Part shown: one piece after another, positions 26,101-35,775 of the stretch | Layout of the letters: each line of letters begins with the position of its first letter | How positions within the stretch are numbered: position 1 is the stretch's first letter | Source of the DNA: Trichodelitschia bisporula | Taxonomy: Eukaryota | Assembly (NCBI GenBank): GCA_010356995.1 | Contig: ML996701.1 | Span: 612,963-676,962 of the forward strand | Direction of reading: 5' to 3' | DNA length: 64,000 nucleotides | Program-made: the position numbers and the translations under genes | Notes under the pieces: generated by a model | What the model saw: the letters and a program-made list of their open reading frames with translations, nothing else | Told to the model about the DNA's origin: nothing | The model's database searches: none

Positions 26101-26690
26101 TTCTTGCATTTCACATCAGCGGAGGACAGTTCGCTGCTCAGCGGGCTAGAAAGAGGGAAACGGAAAGAGTGAGAGAGACGACCACGGGACATACATTCAT
26201 CTATCCTCATCAACCCTCATCATCATCATCACCATCACCTCCCCCATCTTCTTCGGCGAACAACTCCTTCAAACAATAACAGCCACCACCTCTGACAACA
26301 ACAACAACAACAACCTCACCACCTCCACCGGCGCTTCCATCACCAACACGCACGCCTGCCACATCTCCCCCGCCTCACTCACCCCATCGACTCCCCCTCC
26401 CCGCCATCTCACGTTCCTGACCGGCCGCCTCACGCAACGAACGAACGTGGACCCTCGTCATCAGGCAACATCTCCCAACGCTTCGAGCCCAACGCATCGG
26501 CCCCAGATCCGTCCCGACGCCATCCCGACGCCCCGTTCCATAGCGAATCCGTCAGCCCCATCCGGATCGATCACCGACGTTCGCAGCCCAGCCCCATCCC
26601 CAGATCGCCCATTATCAACCTCTCCTCCCAAGGCCCCGTCTGTCAGTCCGTCCTCAACCCCGTCCGTTCGCCCCCGGCCGGACCCAACCC

Positions 26691-26978
26691 ATGAAGCAAG
26701 CCGCCGCGCTCTCCGCTCGCGGCGCTCTTCTTCACCGCCACCATCATCTCCGCCATCATCTCCGCCATCACGACGACGGGCCCGCCGGATCACGCTTTTC
26801 CTCTTGCTCTCCGTCCGCGGGAGCACCAGCGACTGCACCAGCAGGACCAGCAAGATCATCAACCTCAGCAGCACCAGCGGGAGTCTCACCAGCAGGACCA
26901 CGAGCACGAGCAGCAGCACCTCCACCTCACCCTCCGCTTCTTACCTCCGCCACCCATCCACCCACGAGAGGAAGCTAA
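26691..26978 (+). promoter_or_regulatory. Upstream ORF (95 aa, His-rich) ending 10 nt before the putative Myb start
   Basis: ATG 26691 to TAA 26978. It is the only ATG seen between about 26160 and the GTG at 26989. Confidence 0.4.
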
Positions 26979-26988
26979 CTCAGCCGCC

Positions 26989-28795
26989 GTGGATATCTCG
27001 CGCCTCCTCGCACCCCGCTCGCCGGGCGAGCCCGCTCGGAGACGGGCGCGTGCCGGCGAGTCCCAGCCGCCATCTCAACCCCACCCACAGGGTCAACCGC
27101 AGCCGCAGCCCCACGTCGACCAGCAAGCCGAGTCCTCGCGAGCAGCTGCCCGCGCCCGCTCCCGCGCCACCCGCGAAGCCGAAGCCGAGGCCGACGCGTC
27201 CACGCGTTCGCCGCCGAATGCGAACCAGCGAAAGCGCAGCCGCAGTTCCTACGACGAGGAAGGGGGGGACGGAGAGACGGGCCCGTCGGGGTATGTCCCT
27301 GGGCCCTCGTCCTACCTTCCAGGGCCTCACTCGCACCCGCATCCTCAGCACGCCCAGCACCCTCAGGGCGGGTTAGCTGCGCTCACTCCGCTCGTCCCCC
27401 AAGCCCACCTCCCCCCCCCACCCTCCTACTCCCCCCCCCGCCGCTCGCACCCCCTCGACCCGCCCCTCCCGCCCGTGAGCGCCTTCCGCCAGCCCGGGCA
27501 GCCGGGCGAGGTGGGGGGGAGTCCGCGGAACGGCGGGCCGCCTATGGGGCCGTATGGGGGATGGCGCGAGGGGGCGGCGTATGCGCCTTATCCGGTGGGG
27601 TATGGGCCGCCACCGCCCCATCCGATGGCGCCGATGCCGTATGGGTCCGGGGGGGTGCAGCATGGGCCGTATGGGGCGTATGCAGGTCCACCTGGGGGGC
27701 TACCGCCTGGGGGCCTGCCGGCCCAGATGGGGTACTCCCCGCATCCTGGACATGCGCCGTTGCCGCCGTTTGCGCAGTTGCCGGCGCTGCATGGGCCGGG
27801 GCCGGGGGTGGCGGGGCATCAGGGGCACGGGCCGGGACCGCATCAGCATCAGGCGTATGCGGGGGTGCCGGTGCAGGAGCATGCGCATCACCAGGCGCAG
27901 ACGCAGCGGGTGCCTACGGAGCGACGCTCGGTGCCACGGTCAACGAGTCCGAGCGTGAGCGAGACGGTGAGGGGAAGCACGCAGGAGAAGAAGGGGAAGT
28001 GGACGCCTGAGGAAGACGAGTTGGCGATAGAGTTGAGGAGGAGTGGTATGAAGTGGGACGACATCAGCAAGCGGTTGCCCGGGCGGAGCGCGATATCTTG
28101 CCGCTTGCGATATCAGAATTACAGCGAGAAGAGACAGGAGTGGGACGAGGAGAAGAAGAATAAATTGGCGAGGTTGTATAACCGGTATGTGCCACCCCTG
28201 GGGGCTGGGGAACGGGGTGACTGAAGACCCCGTTTTCGCAGTCTGGCTCTTTTACAGCCGCACTTGATGAATGCTGACACGCCCACGCAGCTTCCGCCGC
28301 GAAATGTGGGAAATGATTGCTGCGGAGATGGGGCTGCCGTTCCGCGCCGTCGAGGCTATGCACTGGCAAATGGGCCGCGAGGACATGGCCCAGCGCGCCA
28401 ACGTCCCCGTCTTCATGCCACATACTGCGGGCACGGCACCACGCGCCGGTACCCAGCCCCCGCAAACCCAACCTGCGAACCTTCCGCCTCCGATCCAACA
28501 TCCCGCGCCTCACCCGCCCCCTTCGCTCCTCAGCCAGGCTACCCCCTCGCCCGAACACGATCCCGACACGCCCCCCGCCCCGCCCACACCGCGCACGCCC
28601 CGCACCACACGCCGCTCCAGGGTGCGCCGCGCGAGTAACGGCGCGGGGACGGCGGGGACGGGGAGTAATGGGCGGAGGGCGGGGATGAGGAGTGCGTCTG
28701 CGGCGGTGGGGAGGAGGGGGTCGAGGGGGGGGGAGGAGAAGGAGGGGGTTAAGGAGGAGGAGCAGAGCCCGAAGGTTGAGGAGTGGGAGGAGTAG
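26989..28795 (+). CDS. Myb-like DNA-binding transcription factor (start uncertain: GTG 26989, or first in-frame ATG 27544)
   Basis: Myb/SANT repeat KWTPEEDELAIELRRSGMKWDDISKRLPGRSAISCRLRYQNY, then WDEEKKNKLARLY-intron 28185-28290-RFRREMW..IA.EMG.P.RA.EAMHWQ.G..DMA.RA. Confidence 0.9.
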
Positions 28796-30652
28796 GGGCT
28801 CAGGGGCTCGGCTCTGGGGGGGGGGGAGGGAGGGAGGAGGGGAGGGTACGATGGAGGGAAAAAGGGAAGGGCGGTGATGAGACGACGACGATATTTCCAG
28901 CCTCGTTGCCGATTCCCAAACGGGAAGGCAGCGGGCCCAGCATCGGCCGGCATTCTGAAGCGTTCCAGCGCGGCGTGTTTTTTACAGTCACATTCGCTCC
29001 ATTTCCTTCAAATACGCAAGCACAACTTTGCACGTATCGGCCCTCATCATCAAAAATCCGGGGTAGGGGGGTACCGCAGTGGGCAACCGACGTAGCCTCG
29101 GTAGGGCTCGCGGCTAGGGCACCGGGTCGGGCAGCCCCCACACCCCTGTTCATCCCCGGATTCCGCCGATTAAGCTCATTTCGCGACGCCTTCTAGTTCC
29201 CGGCCTGCCGAGGGCGCGCGGACCTGGTTCGAGCGGATCCCCCGCCACGCGCCTTACCCGTGCGGCGTGGGGCACGATCTTCACAGGACTGCAATTTCGT
29301 GGTTTTTGACCGAGGTGTGTGGGGGATGGGAGATTCTCTTACGGCTTTTTGGTACGGTAGGGTACAGGTTCTGGGCTCGGGCCCTGGGTGCGTTTTTTTT
29401 TTTTCATGCCTTCACGAGCGAGCGAGGGGATGGCGTGGGGTGTGCGAGCAGTGTGCGCGGTGAGGATTTTTGGCTTTATTCTACTTTCGCTATACTTAAT
29501 GCCTTTCGCTTTTGGAGGACAACTTCCCTTTGCATCTTTTTACTTCAGTTCGTTAACTTCTTTTCCATTTCTGGTTTCTGGTTTCTCAAGCATTTACGCA
29601 AAAAAGAGCGGTCTTCTGAATCTCTTCTTCTCTTCTTCAACAAACACTCCTTCTCGCATCCCAACGAGAAGTGACATAGATGTACTTACTAGAATCAGCC
29701 ACCCCGCCATCCACTTGGGCGAGGCGACTCCGCTGGGAGTTAGGATGGCGGCGGTGAGGCGGGCGGCGCCTGGACCCTCAGAAGTCCAGCGGGCGGCGGA
29801 TGGGCACCCACTGGGTGGGCACGCATGGCATTGGGCGGTTGGGCTCTGGCGGGACGGTCTGGAACGGGCATAGCATCATCGGTAGGGCGGGGGGAGGGAG
29901 CGGTGGGCAGGACGCTCTGGCGACGGCTAAGGAGACGAAGCCACGACGTAGAACTCACTGAAGCCCGCAAGGGCACGGAGACGGATCCGCGGACTATGGC
30001 AGGCGGCAGCGGAGTAAGTGGAGAGGAACAGTCGTCTGTGAAATAATACACAAATATCGCATTGTCGCGGTTTGCCCCTAGAAGTGAGGATGGGCGGCAT
30101 CGTGAGGTCAGAGATGCCCAAACCACCATGCCACGCATCACGAACCGCATCATGGGGGACAGGAAAGAGTGCGAGAACCCACGATCAGAGGAACCACGCC
30201 ACCCGCAGCCAGAACGAGAGATTCACGTAAGCCTCTACCTACACCGCCGTACCCACCACCACCAAAGCCTCTATCAAACCCCTCACGCGCACCCCGCGCA
30301 TGAACACCAACGCAAGAACACCAGCCCGCAAAAATGCATACGCAGAACGCTAAGGTATGCCAACATCCTCGTGGTGGACACCCATCCGCCGCTCCTGCTC
30401 CCAGCTCCACCACCACGGCGCACCGCGAACACATCCCAACACCAGACAACAGAGGCCCGCCCATCACCAAGCATGCCACAGCGCCGGTCACTATCACACC
30501 CCCGCCCGGACCGCCATCGCCACGACAGACAGCCAACACGACAGATCACTCCCCGGCTCTACCGCGCCACCTCACCCCTCGGCCGCCTCATCCCTTTCCC
30601 CTCACACCTCTACACACCCAGGGCCCAATCCATCACCGGCCGCCCCCAAACC

Positions 30653-33600
30653 CTATCGCCCAACCCTCCCCCCAACCTCTCCCCTCACCCTCCCCAACCA
30701 ACTCCTGGACACCTCCGCCCTCCTCGCCACATGCACCCCACTCCCCTGCAATCGGCCCATGAGCTCAAACCACGCACCCTGCACCAGCTTATTCTCACGC
30801 CGCAGCGTCGACAGCTCCACCTGCAGGGCCGCCTGCGAGCGAGGGTCAGCACTTACACGAACCGCAGTGTGGGACCGTGGGCCTAGACGTCGATGTGCCA
30901 GCACAGCAGAGCAGCAATCCGGAGGGGCGGGAAGCCAGGTGGGCTACACCGACGAGAAGGGAGGCACAGCAACCCTCACGCCACACATCCTGCTGCCTGC
31001 AACCGCGCTGCATAATGACGCGCCGCCCACCCACGTCCCAGGGATGGAAAAAAGATACGTACCACAGCTTCGCCGTCAGCGGCCCCCTCCTCTCCCCGCC
31101 TACCCGCGTCCGCAGCGGCCATGCGTGCCGCGTCGAGCGCGGCGTCGAGTGCCACGTGGGCGGCGGCTTGGTCGGCGATGCGCTAGTGCGGCTTAGCACG
31201 GACCACAAAGAGCATAAGGAGCGTAAAAGACATCGAACATCGAACGGGACGACGACGATTAAAGTATATCAAAAAAGGGGGTTGAGCGGCGGCGTGGCGC
31301 GACCACGCGCACGGGCTTCGGGGCGCGGAGAGGAGCGGGAGGATCAGGAGGAGGTGTAAGAGCGGCAACCGCATGTTGGTGATTGTGCTTCTTGGAGCGC
31401 ACGCTGTAATGGTGAGGATGACTTGCCTTATCCCGATCTGCGACGGCCGCATGGCCTGCCTCAATCCTGCCAGCCAGGACGCGTGCGGCCGCCGACAAGA
31501 CACTCTCGAGAGTGTCCGTCGGTGCCGCTCGCACGGCTTCCATTTGCGTGCGCACGAGTTGGTACTCGTGTTCGCTGCGTGGAGGCGTTGCTTCGCGCAC
31601 CAGTGCGTCGGTACTGAGGAGCGCATGCCGCAGGAGGCTCTTCTGGTCCCGCAGCTCGGCCTCGAGCTGCTGCGTGTACGCCTGGCGCTCATGATTCTGA
31701 GCTAGGGCTGCCTGCATCTGCGCAAGCCGCGCGCTGTCGGTGATTGCTGTGACGGTAAGTGGCTGACGGGCCAAAGAAACGGCGGTCATACCCTGGTCAC
31801 CAAGAACATCGAGGCGGTGTCGGAGATCAGCAACCTCAGTGGTTGCGGCAATGTACCTGCTCTTAGTATCTTCGAGCTCTTTGGTCACGTCTTCTAGTTT
31901 ACGGGCCAAGTGATGGAAAGGGTGGGAGCTGTGTGATCAGTGGTTGACTCAACAAACAATCGACAAAGAACGTACTCCGGGGTGTCGTCGGCCTTGTCAA
32001 GTACGGCCCTAAAACCCAGGTTTTCCTGCAGCAGATCAAGGCAGCGTTGCTCCAGACGCGCGACAGAAGCGTTAGCAATGGCGAGGTTCTGTTGGATGAT
32101 AATTGCCTCAGCACTAGTGGCAGGCGTCGATGGCTCCTTCGGCTTTTTCCTGTTGCATAATTATCAGTATACAGACAAACGATCCAGCAATAGATCCAGG
32201 GGGGTTGGATGGGGAGAAAAAAATCGGTCGACATGCCTCCGGTCGTCACTGGTGCTGGAATCCGCAGCGAGTTCGGCGTCAAGGCTGTTGACGTGGTCGC
32301 CGTCCTCTCGTCCGGCCTCTTCCTCCTGCATCCGATCTTCGAGCTCCCGGATAGCCTCTTGCGCATTGCTGAGCATGTCCCGCGTCTGCTCCCATTTCTG
32401 CGTCAACACATTCAATTCGTGCTCCAGTCGCTTCTTCGTCGTCTTTTGGTCGAAGATTTCCTGTTCGCCGTTGGCAATTGTCTGGGCGTTTTCCTCATTT
32501 GCTTTTTCCAACGCTGCGCACCGCTCTTTGATCGCTTCTAGCTCATGCAATTGCTCTTGCGCATTCTGCAAATCGCGTCGCAGACCAGCGTTGGCTTTTT
32601 CATGTTCCTGCAGTGCCTGGATCTTTTTCTTCAAGTTTTCGTTCGCCTTTGCTTTTTGCAGTAGCTCGTCGCGTTCCGACTTGACGAGTTGGAGTTCATC
32701 GCGCAGTTCCTGCTTGCTCTGCGCATCGGCCTTGAGGCGTTCCAACTGCCGCTCCTGCTGCTCAATCGATGCCTTGGCCTGCGCTAGATCCGTCTCTAGC
32801 TCTGCAATGTAATCCTTGTCGCGGCCAGCTTGGAGGCTGAGTTGTTCAAAGTCCTGGTCCTCTAGCGTTTTGCGTCGCCTGCGGTCCAGCGCAAATTTTG
32901 ACTCGGCCAGCTCTTCCTCAAGCGCCGCACACCGGTCAAGTGTCTCCTCGAGGTCGGCCGCCGTGTCCGCCAGTCGTTCCTCGAGTCGTCGCTTCTCCTG
33001 CAGCGCTTGGATCAGCTTCTCCTCACGCTCTAGTTCGGGATCGCGCTCAATTGAGTGGCTCCCAGCTGGGGCCTCCGAATCCGTCGATGCATCAATGTCA
33101 GAGCCCGTCTCCGCGTCCGCCCCGTATTCCGCAAGCCGTTTATCCAATTCCTCCATTTCACCAATTGCAATGGCAATCGGTTGGGCTACCTTGGGCCCCA
33201 GGGCCTGCATGATCTGGACCATGCGCTCGTTGGAGTATGACGAATACATGGCTGCGAGCAGGACGGCCTTGACGAGCTGTAACGGTGGAGGTGGTCAGCA
33301 ACACGTCACAGATCGGGGGCCGGCACACGGTCACCTTGATGACGTTCTGCGGCGATCCGTCAATGGCAATCGCTTTGAGATCGGGGTTAAGCTTCTTGCT
33401 CAGTGCTGGCAGCTTGTCGCATTCGTCGCGGATGTATGTAGTGACCATGCGGTCAATGTGCTTCACTGTGGTTTCCACTCAGTTGCTGGTCGCTGCAGAA
33501 GTCGAAAGTCCATACAATTCTGCCATCTGGGTATCCAGTTTTCCTTCTGCTTCCTGTCCAGTTCTGGCAACGGCCCGACGAAGTAGTCCGGGTCGATATC

Positions 33601-33838
33601 GCCTAGTCCATAAGCTTCCCGCATACCACGCCGAGGGGATTGGTAGTCGTACCCAGTATCCTCCACAGAACCGTACCGTCCTCGAGGTCGCGCCATGACG
33701 TGATGGCAGAGGGCAGATCAAAGGAGTTTACCTGTCGTTGCAAGGTCAACATCTGAAGCGCGCGCGAGCCGGGTGACCCCGCGTATCCCATACCCATTGC
33801 AGAAGCGCAGAAGCGAGCTCGGAGGACGTCGTCTCCAT
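30653..33838 (-). CDS. hookA: Hook-family dynein/early-endosome adaptor (HookA/Hok1)
   Basis: N-terminal Hook domain (ALLQWVNSF...DL.DG..LW.IL.DIDP.YF), long coiled coil, and C-terminus LRRENKLV..AWFELM.RLQ...V.RR....SWL. About nine introns, including GC-AG introns 32236-32150 and 31426-31183 and last intron 31062-30833. Confidence 0.9.
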
Positions 33839-34218
33839 GACGAGAGATCGCCTAAGTTCACGGCGGCGTGACTCGGTGTTTTCGCGAATGTGGAACGTCA
33901 GAGTGGTAGAAATAAATCAGACGTCATGTTTGAGCAGCAAGATAGGCAGCGTTATCGCGTTCATAGTCTGTGGGTCTCCGCCGTTCGATGCGCACCTTCT
34001 CGGCGGAATCGGGGGTTCGGCTCGAGTCAAGTCAGCGCCTTAGGCATATGTGCCAAGATGGACGATGTGTGGGACGAACTGGAGCTAACTGGGGCGAACG
34101 GGCCCGTGCTGAGGCCCGGCTGAGACGAACCGCGCACAACGAACTGCTGTGTTGATGAACTTTTCAAGAGGCAAATAACAACGTTATCTAGTGGGGTATC
34201 TAGCATACATAGGACAAA

Positions 34219-35775
34219 CTAAGAGAAATCAAACACGACAAGATATTGCCTGCCAGCTCGCTCACGCAGGACAACCACCCGCTCCTCATCAGAGCCGATC
34301 CAGCCTTGCATTACGTCCGGGTCCTCTGGGTTACGCAATCGGCGCAGGGCATGCTCCCAGTCGTGATCTTGTGGATCAAATTGGGTTGGTCCGTTGTTGG
34401 GTCGCGCTTTGCTAGCCTCCTTCCTCCCAGGCTGGATTTGAACGCTTCGTACAGGTCGGGGCAGCGATCGTGCGGGAAGTGTGCCCTCGAGTTCCCAAAT
34501 GCGGATCTCATTGCCCCTAGAGCTGATGGAAACGGCCCTGCCACGGCCGCCGATGTGCGAGCCCGCAACCGATGATGTATGACCCCAGAGCCGCTGCCCT
34601 TTTGAAATGGCAGTAGAGTCGGGAGTGGACGTGACTCGGAATAAGGTAAGGGTGTTATCGGGGTGGGAGAACAAAAGATATGGATGTGTGTATGAAATGG
34701 AGGTGGGTTGGCATGCCATTTCCATCCGGGGGGGAACGGACATCGCGCTGCGTAAAAGTAGGGGTGCTGCCGCACGGTGCAGACCAAGAAAGTCGCCATC
34801 GGGTGTGAGCCATATCTCCTGAAGCGCAGCCGTCCAGCCAGAAAATACTGATGACATCGTATATGCGACCGAGATCACGGTGTGCTTCGCTCCAGATCGT
34901 ATTCCAAGTGAAACTGGGGATGGGGTGGTGTATGCCAGGAACGTGTCCACTGGCTTTAGCGGAGTTTGAGACCCGAGTTCCATTTTGTAGATACTGAGGA
35001 AGCTTGGGCAGTCGGCTCTAAACGTGGCAAGGTATGGCTCACAGCAAGCTATGGCATGTACAGCTGCACCCGCATGAGAGTAGAGTTGTTTAAAAGTATG
35101 CCTTTGCTTGTCGTACTCGTATATAATGAAGGAGATTGAGTCATCGCTGTCGAACCCGACAATGACCTGTTGCCGTTCGCTGGCCGTAGGAATCGCGAGG
35201 GTCAAACAGTTCGGCCAGCAACCTTCTTGGAAGGCAAGATGGCCCTGCAGTTCCAAACCTCCTGGAGACCAAGCCCGCAAGCCACCGCGAGAATTTGCCG
35301 TGTACACGATGCCATCACGCATTTGGACATGCGCCGGATCGGTGGCATCCGTGGCCAGCGGTACCTCCGAAGCGATGCACGAGCCGGTGGACCAGTTATG
35401 GCGCAGTTTGAATTGTTGCTTCCAGTTCGTCTCATTTCCCGCCTCCACGAGATTTTCATCATCAAGCCAGACGGCATCTGGCGAAGAGAATGTCAGCTCC
35501 TTGGTGGCCGGTGTATGTCTGAGCCTTGGTACGCGCATGGCGCGCGGACGGACGAAGCGATTGTAGTATGCCTCCTTCCATATCTGCGAGTCGACCGTGA
35601 TATCGTGTAGCTTGTGGGACAAGCGCTGGCAGACCGTGAGGTCAGAGACCGAGAGATAGGAAAAGATGTTGAGAAGCAGCTCGTCACTCAACCGCGAGAG
35701 GTTGTCTGGCCGGTTGGGTTTAGACCGCTTGTTTGGCAGCTCCTCCCCTTCCTCTGATCGTGAGCGCTTGACCAT
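34219..35775 (-). CDS. F-box protein with degenerate WD-like C-terminus
   Basis: F-box LSRLSDELLLNIFSYLSVSDLTVCQRLSHKL...DSQIWK, NWKQQFKLRHNW, and RLWGHTSSV...GRAVSISSRG.EIRIWELEG. Single exon. Confidence 0.92.
   Translation of the reverse strand: MVKRSRSEEGEELPNKRSKPNRPDNLSRLSDELLLNIFSYLSVSDLTVCQRLSHKLHDITVDSQIWKEAYYNRFVRPRAMRVPRLRHTPATKELTFSSPDAVWLDDENLVEAGNETNWKQQFKLRHNWSTGSCIASEVPLATDATDPAHVQMRDGIVYTANSRGGLRAWSPGGLELQGHLAFQEGCWPNCLTLAIPTASERQQVIVGFDSDDSISFIIYEYDKQRHTFKQLYSHAGAAVHAIACCEPYLATFRADCPSFLSIYKMELGSQTPLKPVDTFLAYTTPSPVSLGIRSGAKHTVISVAYTMSSVFSGWTAALQEIWLTPDGDFLGLHRAAAPLLLRSAMSVPPRMEMACQPTSISYTHPYLLFSHPDNTLTLFRVTSTPDSTAISKGQRLWGHTSSVAGSHIGGRGRAVSISSRGNEIRIWELEGTLPARSLPRPVRSVQIQPGRKEASKARPNNGPTQFDPQDHDWEHALRRLRNPEDPDVMQGWIGSDEERVVVLRERAGRQYLVVFDFS

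Noticed and set aside
26215..26315. CAT and CAA microsatellites; also the 21-bp duplication at about 9017-9060
   Set aside because: Ordinary simple repeats.
29190..29250. GGTTCGA T-loop-like motif
   Set aside because: No cloverleaf can be formed, so it is not a tRNA.
31183..31400. Hydrophobic MRLPLLHLLLILPLLSA in another frame of the Hook intron as a KASH-like TM exon
   Set aside because: No plausible splice puts it in frame, and there is no PPPX terminus.
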